From: Actinomycetota bacterium
GTDB taxonomy: Bacteria; Actinomycetota; UBA4738; HRBIN12
DNA: 64,000 nt
NCBI GenBank assembly: GCA_035691205.1
Contig: DASSJM010000017.1
Coordinates: 9,481-73,480 of the forward strand
Direction: 5' to 3'
In this document: positions 34,452 to 44,201 of the stretch, in pieces
How positions within the stretch are numbered: position 1 is the first letter of the stretch
Layout of the letters: the number at the start of each line of letters is the position of its first letter
Translations under genes and position numbers: made by a program
The notes under the pieces: model-generated
Told to the model about the DNA's origin: nothing
Seen by the model: only the letters and a program-made list of their open reading frames with translations
Databases searched by the model: none

Positions 34452-36179
34452 ATGCCCGGGTACGATGCGCGCGTGTCCGGCGATCCGCTCCTGATCGAGA
34501 CGATCCGTTCCTCGGTGATCGGGGAGGACGAGGCCGTCGAGGGGCCGTTCGGCCTCCGGCGCGTGACGTATGCGGACTACACGGCCTCGGGCCGCTCCCT
34601 GGCCTTCATCGAGGACTTCATCCGCGAGGCCGTCCTGCCCCTGTACGCGAACACGCACACCGAGTCGAGCGGGACGGGGCGCCAGACCACGCGCTTCCGC
34701 GAGGACGCGCGGCGCCTGATCCGGGACGCCGTCGGGGGCACCGACGAGCACGTCGTGATCTTCTGTGGTTCGGGCTCGACGGGGGCGATCGACAAGATGA
34801 TCGACTGCCTGAACCTCCGCCTGCCCGCCGATCTCGACGATCGGTTCGGACTCCTCGAGCGGATCCCGGCCGCCGAGCGGCCGGTGGTGTTCATCGGGCC
34901 GTACGAGCATCACTCCAACGAGCTCCCGTGGCGCGAGTCGATCGCCGAGCTCGTCACGATCCCCGAGGACGCCGACGGCCGGATCGACCTCGAGTCGCTC
35001 GAGCGCGAGCTGCACGCGCACGCCGACCGGTCCGTGAAGATCGGCTCGTTCTCGGCCGCCTCCAACGTGACGGGGATCCTCAGCGACACCCGCGCGATCT
35101 CGGCGATGCTCCACCGGCACGGGGCCCTGTCGTTCTGGGACTTCGCGGCGGCGGCGCCCTACGTCCAGATCGAGATGGCGCCGCACCGCGACGGCGACCC
35201 GCTCGATCACCTGGACGCGGTGTTCATCTCGCCCCACAAGTTCATCGGAGGCCCGGGGACGCCGGGGGTGCTGGTGGCGCGCCGCGATCTCTTCCACAAC
35301 CGCGTCCCGAGCGTCCCGGGGGGCGGCACGGTGGAGTACGTGAACCCGACCGAGCACGTGTACCTCTCGGATGTCGAGCACCGCGAGGAGGGTGGGACGC
35401 CGGACATCGTCGGCTCGATCCGCGCCGGGCTCGTGTTCCAGCTGAAGGAGGCGGTAGGGACCGACACGATCCGTGAACGCGAGGAGTCCTTCACGCACCG
35501 GGCGATGCACCGGTGGCAGGAGAACCCGAACATCGAGATCCTGGGCAGCCACGACCTTCCGCGGCTGTCGATCGTCTCGTTCGTGGTTCGGCATGCCGGA
35601 CGGTACCTGCACCACAACTTCGTCGTCGCGCTCTTGAACGACCTGTTCGGGATCCAGTCGCGGGGCGGATGCTCGTGCGCGGGGCCGTACGGACACCGGC
35701 TCCTGGGGATCGACCTCGACACCTCCCATGAGTTCGAGCGCGAGATCGCGCGCGGGTGTGAGGGCATCAAGCCCGGCTGGGTCCGCGTGAACTTCAACTA
35801 CTTCATCTCGGAGGCGGTGTTCGACTTCGTGCTCGACGCCGTGGACCTGGTCGCGACGGACGGGTGGCGGCTCCTGCCCTGGTACCGGTTCGACCCTGCC
35901 AGCGCGATGTGGCGCCACGCCGAGGGCCTCGGCGAGCCGCCGCTCGGCCTGTCCGACGTGCGGTACGAGGACGGGACGATGGCCTTCGCTCACCGGCGCC
36001 ACCAGGAGCCCGGATCGCGCCTCGCCTCCTACCTGACCGAGGCCCGGGCCCTGCTGGCGGACCCGCCGGCCGCGCCGGCGTTCGAGCCGCTCACGGGGCC
36101 GGTCGGTCCCGACTTCGAGACCCTCCGGTGGTTCTGGCTCCCGAGCGATGTCGCCACGCCGAGCGCCCGGGCAGGCTGA
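34452..36179 (+). CDS. Aminotransferase class V-fold PLP-dependent enzyme (cysteine desulfurase-like)
   Basis: 575 aa. PLP-lysine block FISPHKFIGGPGTPG. GSGSTGAID. Confidence 0.85.
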   Translation: MPGYDARVSGDPLLIETIRSSVIGEDEAVEGPFGLRRVTYADYTASGRSLAFIEDFIREAVLPLYANTHTESSGTGRQTTRFREDARRLIRDAVGGTDEHVVIFCGSGSTGAIDKMIDCLNLRLPADLDDRFGLLERIPAAERPVVFIGPYEHHSNELPWRESIAELVTIPEDADGRIDLESLERELHAHADRSVKIGSFSAASNVTGILSDTRAISAMLHRHGALSFWDFAAAAPYVQIEMAPHRDGDPLDHLDAVFISPHKFIGGPGTPGVLVARRDLFHNRVPSVPGGGTVEYVNPTEHVYLSDVEHREEGGTPDIVGSIRAGLVFQLKEAVGTDTIREREESFTHRAMHRWQENPNIEILGSHDLPRLSIVSFVVRHAGRYLHHNFVVALLNDLFGIQSRGGCSCAGPYGHRLLGIDLDTSHEFEREIARGCEGIKPGWVRVNFNYFISEAVFDFVLDAVDLVATDGWRLLPWYRFDPASAMWRHAEGLGEPPLGLSDVRYEDGTMAFAHRRHQEPGSRLASYLTEARALLADPPAAPAFEPLTGPVGPDFETLRWFWLPSDVATPSARAG

Positions 36180-36265
36180 GCGCGAGCCGCCCCGTTCGCC
36201 CGCCGGGGGACCATCGGCCTTGGTCGGGCAGCCGAACGTGTGAGACGGTCGATGCGGAGGTGGTG

Positions 36266-36958
36266 ATGATGTCGCTGCTCTCCGGTCGGGAGGATGCGGC
36301 CACGGGTCGAGGCGCACCGAGGGTGGGTCGTGCGGTCTCGATCGACGTCGGGCCGATCCGGCTGCCCGGCGACCTGACCCTGCCGCCCGAGCCCGCCGCC
36401 GTCGTGGTGTTCGCGCACGGGAGCGGCTCGAGCCGCAGGTCCCCGCGCAACGTCTGGGTGGCCGAGCGCCTGCAGGCCGACGGCCTCGGCACCCTGCTGT
36501 TCGACCTGCTCACCGAGGACGAGGCGGACGATCGAGCGTTGGTGTTCGACATCCCGTTCCTGGCCGATCGCCTGCAATGGGCCGTCCGTTGGATGCAGGA
36601 GTCGTCCGGCCTCGACCGCCCCATCGCATTGTTCGGCGCCAGCACGGGTGCCGGCGCCGCGCTCGTCGCGGCGACGCGCACCCCGGCCGTCGCGTCGGTG
36701 GTCTCGCGCGGTGGCCGACCCGACCTGGCGGGCGAGGCGCTCGAGTACGTGAGGGCCCCGACCCTCCTGATCGTCGGAGGCGCGGACGAGGCGGTCCTCG
36801 AGCTCAACCGGACCGCCCAGCGCCGGATCCCGGGCGAGACCCGCCTGGAGGTGGTCCCGGGCGCGACCCACCTGTTCGAGGAGCCGGGCGCGCTCGAGCG
36901 GGTCGCCGAGCTCGCGGCGAGCTGGGTCTCGGCGCACCTGCCGGCCGCGGAGGGTTAG
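36266..36958 (+). CDS. Dienelactone hydrolase family alpha/beta hydrolase
   Basis: VVVFAHGSGSSRRSPRN. GASTGAGAAL. Start at ATG 36266 inside a longer ORF-track entry. Confidence 0.8.
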   Translation: MMSLLSGREDAATGRGAPRVGRAVSIDVGPIRLPGDLTLPPEPAAVVVFAHGSGSSRRSPRNVWVAERLQADGLGTLLFDLLTEDEADDRALVFDIPFLADRLQWAVRWMQESSGLDRPIALFGASTGAGAALVAATRTPAVASVVSRGGRPDLAGEALEYVRAPTLLIVGGADEAVLELNRTAQRRIPGETRLEVVPGATHLFEEPGALERVAELAASWVSAHLPAAEG

Positions 36959-36967
36959 GCCGGACCT

Positions 36968-37639
36968 TCACCGCCGCGCGAGGGCTCGAGCCTCCTCCAC
37001 CTGCTTGGCGATGGCGGTCATGACCAGGTCGGTGAACACCTGGAGGTCCTCGACCGAGGCGGGATCGCCCCGCGGCTCGACCGGCTCCCCGTAGGCGAGG
37101 GCGACCCTCGGGCGCCACGGCCGACGCCAATGCAGTCCGGAGTGGGGCCAGCGATCCTGGGTGCCCCAGATCCCCACCGGGATAACGGGTGTGCCGGTCG
37201 CGAGGGCGATCCGGCCCATGCCGCTCCGACCCCGCATGAGGCCGCCGTCTGGGTCGGGGTTCACGGTGCCCTCGGGGAAGATCCCCGCCAGCGCCCCATC
37301 GCGGATCGTGGCGATCGCCTCCTCGAGCGCCCCCGCGTCACGCACCCCTCGGCGAAGCGGGATCTGCCGGTACAGCCGGAGCGCCCAGGCCACCTTGGCC
37401 TTGCGGAAGAACTCGGCCGCGACCAGGAACCGCGTCATCCGCCGTCGCCGCTCACCGGTGACGAGCGAGAGGACCACGCCATCGAGCGCGGATACGTGGT
37501 TGCCCGCGACGATCGCCGGGCCGCTCGTCGGGATGTTCGCCGTGCCGCTCACGCGGAGACGGAACAGCAGCCGGCACGCGGCGCCCACCACGAGCAGCCC
37601 GAACCGCCACCACCCGTTGAGATCACCCCGCCGAGCCAC
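36968..37639 (-). CDS. plsC: 1-acyl-sn-glycerol-3-phosphate acyltransferase (PlsC/LPLAT family)
   Basis: HxxxxD motif IVAGNHVSALD. FPEGT block. Confidence 0.9.
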   Translation of the reverse strand: MARRGDLNGWWRFGLLVVGAACRLLFRLRVSGTANIPTSGPAIVAGNHVSALDGVVLSLVTGERRRRMTRFLVAAEFFRKAKVAWALRLYRQIPLRRGVRDAGALEEAIATIRDGALAGIFPEGTVNPDPDGGLMRGRSGMGRIALATGTPVIPVGIWGTQDRWPHSGLHWRRPWRPRVALAYGEPVEPRGDPASVEDLQVFTDLVMTAIAKQVEEARALARR

Positions 37640-37655
37640 GCGCGGATGCTACCCC

Positions 37656-38852
37656 GTGACCCGCCGGTACGATTCGGGTCCCGAACGCGAGGAGCACGCA
37701 TTGGACGTCAGGGACCTGCAGGGGATCGTCGCGCGCCGGTACGAGGACTTCGTCGAGGCGTTGCGTGACATGGTGAACGTGGATTGCGGCTCGTACACGC
37801 CTCAGGGCGTGAACGCGATCGCCGATCGGTGCCAGGCACGGTTCGAGGCGGGGGGCTGGGCCGTCGAGCGCCGGGCGCACGACGGCGAGCCCCGGCTCGG
37901 CGACCTGTTGGTCGGTCGCCTGTCCGGCTCCGGCGGCCCTCGCGTGCTGATGATCGGGCACATGGACACGGTCTTCGATCCCGGGACCGTGGCCGAGCGT
38001 CCGTTCCGGATCGAGGGCGGCCGCGCGCTCGGCCCGGGCGTCTCGGACATGAAGGGCGGGCTGCTCACGGGGTTCTTCGCGGTCGAGACGCTCCAGGATG
38101 CGGGGTTCGACGGGTTCGGGCAGATCACGTACATCTGCAACCCGGACGAGGAGATCGGCTCGCCGTGGTCGCGCGACGTCATCCGGGCCGAGGCCGCGAA
38201 CGCCGACGTCGCCCTCGTGCTCGAGGGCGCCCGCGAGAACGGCGACATCGTGAGCGCCCGCAAGGGCGTCTCCGACTACACGATCGAGATCGCCGGGCGC
38301 GCGGCGCACGCGGGCGTCGAGCCCGAGCGCGGCCGGAGCGCGATCCTGGAGGCGGCGCACAAGACCGTCGCGCTGCAGGCGCTGAACGGGCGGTGGCCGG
38401 GCGTCACCGTGAACGTCGGCGTGGTGCACGGCGGCACCCGCCCCAACGTCGTTGCCGAGCGCTGCTTGCTGGAGGTCGACGTGCGCTCGCCGGTCGAGGA
38501 GACCTTCCAGGAGGCCGAGGCCGCCGTCGAGGCGATCGCGGGTGAGCACACGGTCCCCGACGTCACCGTGAGCGTTCGCGGCGGCGGCTGGCACCGGCCG
38601 ATGGAGAAGAAGGAGGGCGGGGCGCGCCTCGCCGAGCTCGCCATCGGCGTGGCCGCCGACCTCGGGTTCCAGCTGCGCGACGCCGCGACCGGCGGGGCCT
38701 CGGACGCCAACACCACCTCGGCGGCGGGCGTTCCCACGCTCGACGGCCTGGGCCCGATCGGCGGGGACGACCACTCGCCGAACGAGTGGCTCGAACTTCC
38801 GAGCGTGGTTCCTCGAATCTCGCTGCTCGCCGGGCTACTCTCGCGACTCTAG
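37656..38852 (+). CDS. M20 family metallopeptidase (carboxypeptidase G2/glutamate carboxypeptidase-like)
   Basis: GHMDTV, SDMKGG, NPDEEIGS, ARKG blocks. Start is GTG 37656 or TTG 37701 (no in-frame ATG). Confidence 0.8.
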   Translation: MTRRYDSGPEREEHALDVRDLQGIVARRYEDFVEALRDMVNVDCGSYTPQGVNAIADRCQARFEAGGWAVERRAHDGEPRLGDLLVGRLSGSGGPRVLMIGHMDTVFDPGTVAERPFRIEGGRALGPGVSDMKGGLLTGFFAVETLQDAGFDGFGQITYICNPDEEIGSPWSRDVIRAEAANADVALVLEGARENGDIVSARKGVSDYTIEIAGRAAHAGVEPERGRSAILEAAHKTVALQALNGRWPGVTVNVGVVHGGTRPNVVAERCLLEVDVRSPVEETFQEAEAAVEAIAGEHTVPDVTVSVRGGGWHRPMEKKEGGARLAELAIGVAADLGFQLRDAATGGASDANTTSAAGVPTLDGLGPIGGDDHSPNEWLELPSVVPRISLLAGLLSRL

Positions 38853-38868
38853 GACCCGAAGGCAGGGG

Positions 38869-39357
38869 GTGTCGCCGGTGGAGATCACCACCGTGGTCTT
38901 CGACAAGCCCGACGACCTGAACGTCGTCGTGGGCCAGTCCCACTTCATCAAGACCATCGAGGATCTGCATGAGGCCTGCGCCCACGTGCCCGGCATGCGC
39001 TTCGGCATCGCGTTCAACGAGGCGAGCGGCCCGTGCCTGGTCCGCCGCAGCGGCAACGACCCGGAGCTCGTGGACCTCGCCGTGCGCAACGCGCAGGCGA
39101 TCGGGGCCGGGCACGTGTTCGTGATCGCGATGCGCGACGGCTTCCCGATCAACGTCCTGAACGCCATTAAGCTGGTCCCCGAGGTCTGCCGGGTCTTCTG
39201 CGCGACCGCCAACCCGCTGGAGGTCGTGGTGGCCGAGACCGAGACCGGACGCGGCGTCGTCGGCGTGATCGACGGCTCCCCGCCGAAGGGCGTCGAGACC
39301 GACGAGGACGAGGCGGAGCGCAAGGACATGCTCCGGCGCTTCGGGTACAAGCTGTGA
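38869..39357 (+). CDS. Adenosine-specific kinase family protein (PF04008-like)
   Basis: VVGQSHFIKTIEDLHEA, GPCLVRRSGND, NVLNAIK, VCRVFCATANPLEVVVAETE, GVETDEDEAERK. GTG start after a ggcaggggg SD. Confidence 0.75.
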   Translation: MSPVEITTVVFDKPDDLNVVVGQSHFIKTIEDLHEACAHVPGMRFGIAFNEASGPCLVRRSGNDPELVDLAVRNAQAIGAGHVFVIAMRDGFPINVLNAIKLVPEVCRVFCATANPLEVVVAETETGRGVVGVIDGSPPKGVETDEDEAERKDMLRRFGYKL

Positions 39358-40478
39358 GCGAGGTCCCGGTCTCCTCGGAGTTCCTGCACGGGCTGCGCGA
39401 CGCGCACGTCACCTACCGGCACCTGGTCGAGGGGATCCCGGCCGTCCTGTACATCGACGCGGTCGACGACGCGTCCACCAACCTCTACACGAGCCCGCAG
39501 ATCGAGACGCTGACCGGCTTCTCGGCGCGGGAGTGGGGGGAGGATCCGGACCTGTGGCTCTCCCGCATGCACGAGGACGACCGGGAGCGCGTCCTGGCGG
39601 AGCACCGGGGATCCAATCGCACCGGGGAGCCGTTCTCCGTCGAGTACCGCGTGCACGCGAAGGACGGGTCGATCGTCTGGATCCGGGACGAGGCCGTCCT
39701 GGTCCGAGATGCGGATGGCGATCCCGCGTTCTGGCGCGGCGTCATGGTCGACGTGACGCTCGAGCGTCGCGCCAACGAGAAGCTCCGTAGGAGCCTCGAC
39801 GCGCTCCGCAGGACGATGGAGGATCGTCGCAGCCTGCTGCTCCGTCTCGAGGACGCGCAGGAGGAGGAGCGTCGACGGATCGCCGCGGACATCCACGACG
39901 ACTCGATCCAGGTGATGAGCGCCGCCGATCTCCGCGCGCAGATGCTGGTTCAGCAGATCCAGGAGCCGGCTCTCCGGGCCGAGGCCGCGGAGCTGCGCGA
40001 GATCATCCGCGCGTCGGTCGAGCGGCTCCGCCACTTGCTGTTCGAGCTGCGACCGCCGGCCCTCGATCGCGAGGGCCTCGTCTCCGCCCTCCGTGCGTAC
40101 GCGAGCGACGGGACCCCGGTGCCGCGGATCCTCGACCGGCTGGGCTCGGAGCCGCCGCCGGAGGTCCGCGGGATCTTGTTCCGGATCGCGCAGGAGGCGG
40201 TCGCGAACGCGCGCAAGCACGCCGGCGCCGACACGATCACGATCTCGGTCGCGAGCGAGGACGGCGGGGTGAGCGTGATCGTCGAGGACGATGGCCGCGG
40301 CTTCGACCTGTCGGCGATGCAGACGCCGCGGCGGGGTCACATCGGGCTCCCGACCATGGTGGAGCGCGCCGAGCTCGCCGGCGGCCGTTGTCGCATCGAG
40401 AGCCGGCCGGGCGATGGGACCACCGTCCAGGCCTGGGTCCCCGTCGGCATGCCGGTTCCCGCCGACGCCGGGTCCTGA
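39354..40478 (+). CDS. PAS-domain sensor histidine kinase (HisKA_3/NarL-type)
   Basis: PAS (EYRVHAKDGSIVWIRDEAVLVRDADGDPAFWRGVMVDVT). H-box RRRIAADIHDDSIQ. HATPase N/G boxes. GTGA overlap with the upstream gene. Confidence 0.85.
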   Translation: MSEVPVSSEFLHGLRDAHVTYRHLVEGIPAVLYIDAVDDASTNLYTSPQIETLTGFSAREWGEDPDLWLSRMHEDDRERVLAEHRGSNRTGEPFSVEYRVHAKDGSIVWIRDEAVLVRDADGDPAFWRGVMVDVTLERRANEKLRRSLDALRRTMEDRRSLLLRLEDAQEEERRRIAADIHDDSIQVMSAADLRAQMLVQQIQEPALRAEAAELREIIRASVERLRHLLFELRPPALDREGLVSALRAYASDGTPVPRILDRLGSEPPPEVRGILFRIAQEAVANARKHAGADTITISVASEDGGVSVIVEDDGRGFDLSAMQTPRRGHIGLPTMVERAELAGGRCRIESRPGDGTTVQAWVPVGMPVPADAGS

Positions 40479-40493
40479 GCCGGCCCGAAACGG

Positions 40494-41567
40494 CTACTCG
40501 CGGGTGGTGACCTTGGACGCGCGCGTGTACTGCCCGGGTGTTCGCCCGCGCGTGCGAGCCAGGCGCCAGGCGAGGAGCTGGACCGGGACGATGGATACCG
40601 CGGACATCAGCGCCCGGTCGAGGTAGCCGGTGGCGACGGCGCGCGCCCCCTTGGGCGCCTCGCCGTCCGGGGTGACCACCATCACGGCGGCCCCGGACTC
40701 GACCAGGTCGGCCGCGAGGGACAGGTCCAGGCGGCGGGTCTCGGGCTCGGTCGCCATCACGATCGCGGTCATGCCCGGCCCGGCGAGCTCGAGCGGACCG
40801 TGGCGGAACAGGCCGGACTCGACCGACTCCGCCATGATTCCCGACTCCTTCAGCACCAGCGCGCCGAGCTCGGTCGCGGCGCGGGCGGGACCCCGGCCGA
40901 GCAGGACCATCACCTCTCGGCTGCCGTGCCAGGCCTCGAGCTCCTCGGCCAGCGGCTCGGGATCCTCGAGCAGGCGTTCGGCCGAGCGCGCGGCGCCCTC
41001 GGCCGCCGTGCGTGTGCGGTCCACCGCCGTGTCCACGCTGTCCCCGGCGAGGAGCCGCGCGAGGCCCGACAACGTGGCCATCGCCGCCGCGAACGTCATC
41101 GTCGAAGGGCCGGACTCCGGGCCCGCCGAGGTGTCGAGCGCGATGTCGGCGCGGTGCGCGAGATCGTTGTCGATGCCGTTCGTGATCGCGATGACGAATG
41201 GCCGCGTGCGCTGCTTGGACAGCTCGGCCGCGAGCTTCACGATCTCGACGCTCTCGCCGGACTGGCTGACGATGACGGCGAGGGTCTGCGCGTTCAGGAC
41301 CGGGCGACGGAAGTGGAGGACCTCCGCCGCGTCCACCAGGAGCGCCGGCACCCCGCGCGCGGCGAGGTCGTTCACCGCCGGGTAGCACGCGTCGTACGAG
41401 CTGCCCATCCCGGTGAACACGAGCGTGCGCGAGACGGCCGCGGCCTCGCGGATCTGCTCGAGCGCCTCGCGCTGGTCATCGAGCGCGGCCGCGGCCCGGC
41501 GCATCGCGTCGGGCTGCCCCGCGATCTCAGCGAGGAACGGGTCGGGGAACCCCTGGAGCGATCTCAT
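40494..41567 (-). CDS. SIS domain protein (sugar phosphate isomerase/aminotransferase-like, AgaS/GlmS C-terminal-like)
   Basis: Two SIS halves: VFTGMGSSYDACYPAVNDL and VIVSQSGESVE. Confidence 0.85.
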   Translation of the reverse strand: MRSLQGFPDPFLAEIAGQPDAMRRAAAALDDQREALEQIREAAAVSRTLVFTGMGSSYDACYPAVNDLAARGVPALLVDAAEVLHFRRPVLNAQTLAVIVSQSGESVEIVKLAAELSKQRTRPFVIAITNGIDNDLAHRADIALDTSAGPESGPSTMTFAAAMATLSGLARLLAGDSVDTAVDRTRTAAEGAARSAERLLEDPEPLAEELEAWHGSREVMVLLGRGPARAATELGALVLKESGIMAESVESGLFRHGPLELAGPGMTAIVMATEPETRRLDLSLAADLVESGAAVMVVTPDGEAPKGARAVATGYLDRALMSAVSIVPVQLLAWRLARTRGRTPGQYTRASKVTTRE

Positions 41568-41603
41568 CCGGCGAGTGTACGGCGCGAAGCAGCCGACGGC
41601 CCT

Positions 41604-42641
41604 TCAGACGCACGTCGCGCGGCCCGCGTCCTCGAAGGCCGGCTGCCCCGCGGCGGAGACCCACTCCCACAGGTAGCCGGTCCGCTTCAGCGCGATCCGC
41701 AGGATCCCGAACGCGTCGCCCTGCGCGACGACGAGGTTACGGGGCGGGCTGCCCCCCGCGATCGCGTAGTGCCGCGCGCCGCCGGTGCCCACCACGAACT
41801 GCCGGATCCCGGCCTCCCGGTCGCGGTGGCCCTCGGGGTCCTGCGGGGCCCACCGCTGGTAGTTGTGCGAGTGGCCGTTCAGCACGATGTCGGCGTGCGC
41901 CTCGTACAGCAGGTCCCAGAGCGGGCCGACGGAGCTCGTCGCGCCGCTCCCGGTCGAATGGGAGAAGCGCGGGTGATGCCAGTAGGCGAGCGTGCAGGCG
42001 CGGTCGGCGTTCGCGGCGAGGTCGTCCTGGAGCCACGCGTACATCCGCTCCCCGGGACCCGGGTCGGTCGGATCGGTGGCCTCGTCGCACCCGCCGGCGG
42101 CGAAGCAGAGCTCCGAGTTCAGCGCGATGAGGTGCCAGCAGGGATCGTCCGGGCACGCCCCGAGGTCGTAGGAGTAGTAGCCGAGCCCGTCCGGCCCCCT
42201 GACCGCGCGACCGAAGTACCGGAAGTAGCCGCGCGGTCGCGAGCCCGCGTCGTTGCCGTACTCGTGGTTGCCCGGGACCGGTGAGATGAGGTCGAAGACG
42301 CGACCCCAGGTCGGGTCGAAGTAGTCGACGTAGTTGGCGTACTCGCCGTTGTCGTACTGGTTGTCGCCGAGCGGGAGCACCCGGTCCAGGCCCGTGTCCT
42401 CGAGCAGGTCGGCGGTGTCGTCGTACTGGCAGATCGACGGCGCGTCGTTGCCGCGAGGGTCGGAGGGGCACGCGATGTCGCCCGCGGCGCCGATCACGAA
42501 CCGGTGCCCCTGGGTCGAGACGTTGGGCCGCGCTCCTCGCCGGTCCACCCGATCGGTACCGATCACCTCGACGGAGACGGCCTGCCAGGTCGCCCCGAGG
42601 AGCGACACCAGCGCAACGACGAGCGCGAGCAGTCGACGCAT
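41604..42641 (-). CDS. Secreted metallophosphoesterase (calcineurin-like/purple acid phosphatase-like)
   Basis: Signal peptide. GDIAC, GDNQYDNG, GNHEY, GHSHNYQR metal-ligand blocks. Confidence 0.85.
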   Translation of the reverse strand: MRRLLALVVALVSLLGATWQAVSVEVIGTDRVDRRGARPNVSTQGHRFVIGAAGDIACPSDPRGNDAPSICQYDDTADLLEDTGLDRVLPLGDNQYDNGEYANYVDYFDPTWGRVFDLISPVPGNHEYGNDAGSRPRGYFRYFGRAVRGPDGLGYYSYDLGACPDDPCWHLIALNSELCFAAGGCDEATDPTDPGPGERMYAWLQDDLAANADRACTLAYWHHPRFSHSTGSGATSSVGPLWDLLYEAHADIVLNGHSHNYQRWAPQDPEGHRDREAGIRQFVVGTGGARHYAIAGGSPPRNLVVAQGDAFGILRIALKRTGYLWEWVSAAGQPAFEDAGRATCV

Positions 42642-42788
42642 CCAACGATGCTACCGAGCACGGAGGTGACCGAGCGTCCCTCGAGCGAAGGCCCTCCGCG
42701 GTCCTCGCACCGGGGGGACCTTCGACCGATGGGGCGCTCCGGCCGCATGCCTAGCGTGAGGCGAGACCCGATCCCGAGCGAGGATGCC

Positions 42789-43295
42789 ATGACCCCCACG
42801 ATCGAGAGCGTCAGGCAGGAGCACGAGCAGTTCCAGCCGTACCTGGAGGAGATCCGGGCCGTCGCGGACTCGGTCGGGCGGGCGTCGACCAAGTCGGTGC
42901 TCGGCAGGGTTGCCGAGATCCACGAGTTCCTCGCCCACCGGCTGATCCCCCACGCGGTCGCCGAGGGCCGACTCATGCTCCCCCTGGTCCGCAAGCTGAA
43001 CGGCGGCCCCGAGACCGCCATCGGGATGAACCAGTGCCACGTGCAGCTCGGCCAGCTGACCGACCAGCTGGAGTCCGCCGTCGCTCGGGCCCACGAGAAG
43101 GGCATGGACCACGGGACGGAGAGCGAGCTCCGCCGCATCCTCTACGGCCTCCACGCCCTGCTGACCGCGCACTTCGCCCAGGCCGAGGACGTCTTCACCG
43201 CGGCGCTCGAGCGTGACCGCGAGCCGTCGAAGCGGGCCGATCTGTTCGAGGACGTGGAGCGCTCCGCCGAGGAGATCTCGGACCAGTTCGAGTAG
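42789..43295 (+). CDS. Hemerythrin HHE cation-binding domain protein
   Basis: Start at internal ATG 42789. H...HxxxE patterns (IHEFLAHRLIPHAVAE, LHALLTAHFAQAED). Confidence 0.8.
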   Translation: MTPTIESVRQEHEQFQPYLEEIRAVADSVGRASTKSVLGRVAEIHEFLAHRLIPHAVAEGRLMLPLVRKLNGGPETAIGMNQCHVQLGQLTDQLESAVARAHEKGMDHGTESELRRILYGLHALLTAHFAQAEDVFTAALERDREPSKRADLFEDVERSAEEISDQFE

Positions 43296-43303
43296 GCCCC
43301 GCC

Positions 43304-44044
43304 TTGACGCCTCGGGCGAGGACGAAGACACTCCCCAGATCGCCGGAGGAGGGGGAGAGCGTGGGCCGATCCGATGCGTACCAGCGTGACGTCGACACGC
43401 TCGCGGCAGAGTTGGAGCGCGTCGAAGCCGTCTTCCGCGGGCTCTCGGACGACGAGTGGACGATGAGCACCAAGCTCGTGCCGCTGGACACCGACAAGGC
43501 CCACTGGACGGTGTTCGAGCTCGCCGGGCACTTCGACATCTCGATCGGACTGACGCGGATGCTGATCGCGGACATCCAGGAGGGTCAGCCTGGCCGCGAC
43601 CGCACGAGCTTCTTCATCTTCCCCCGGTCCGAGGTCGCCCCCGTCGTCTATGACTACGCGTTCACGATGGTCGAGGGGAAGACCCCGGCCGAGATGCCCG
43701 ATGTCTTGCACGAGACCTTCTCGAAGACGATCGAGGAGTCGCGGGCGACGCCTCCGGAGGCGATCGGGCCCGGCTACTACGCGCTGATGCAGCTGGGCGA
43801 GTTCGTCCCGAGCCGGGTGCTGGAGGCCGTGGTCCACGGCCTCGACCTGACCGACGCCCTCGGCCGAGACACGATCGCGACGCCGGACGGCATCGCCATC
43901 ACCGCCGCGATCCTGGATGACCTCCTCGCACGACGGACTGTGCCCGGCCGGCCGGCCGACCTCCTCGACGACGACCTGGCGTGGATCCGGGCAGCCTCGG
44001 GTCGCGGGGAGCATCCGGACCCACGGCTTCCGCTGATCGGGTAG
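43304..44044 (+). CDS. Mycothiol-dependent maleylpyruvate-isomerase N-terminal domain family (TIGR03083/DinB_2-like)
   Basis: WTVFELAGHFD motif. Alternative GTG start at 43361. Confidence 0.75.
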   Translation: MTPRARTKTLPRSPEEGESVGRSDAYQRDVDTLAAELERVEAVFRGLSDDEWTMSTKLVPLDTDKAHWTVFELAGHFDISIGLTRMLIADIQEGQPGRDRTSFFIFPRSEVAPVVYDYAFTMVEGKTPAEMPDVLHETFSKTIEESRATPPEAIGPGYYALMQLGEFVPSRVLEAVVHGLDLTDALGRDTIATPDGIAITAAILDDLLARRTVPGRPADLLDDDLAWIRAASGRGEHPDPRLPLIG

Positions 44045-44056
44045 TCGCGGAGCATC

Positions 44057-44117
44057 AGCGGAGGCGGACGGGGATCGAACCCGCCTGGGAGCTCTCGCCC
44101 CCACACCGGTCTTGAAG
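44057..44117 (-). repeat. Partial copy of the tRNA-Sec 3' half (anticodon loop through 3' end), a direct repeat of 45512-45572 with 2 mismatches in about 59 nt
   Basis: cggaggcggacggggatcgaacccgcctgggagctctcgcccccacaccggtcttgaag versus cggaggcggacgggaatcgaacccgcctgggagctctcgcccccacaccggttttgaag. Looks like an att-type duplication scar. Confidence 0.75.
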
Positions 44118-44201
44118 TCAGCTCGCGTACGTTCCGTGTCCTGTCGCCAGATCGCGGCTCGTCGCGTTCCGCAAGTCAGGGTGAGTCTGCAGGGGCGGTC
44201 G

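Noticed and set aside
37784-38545. 253-aa and 383-aa ORFs overlapping the M20 peptidase gene on both strands
   Set aside because: They are shadow frames of a clear M20 peptidase, with Arg/Gly/Ala-rich composition.
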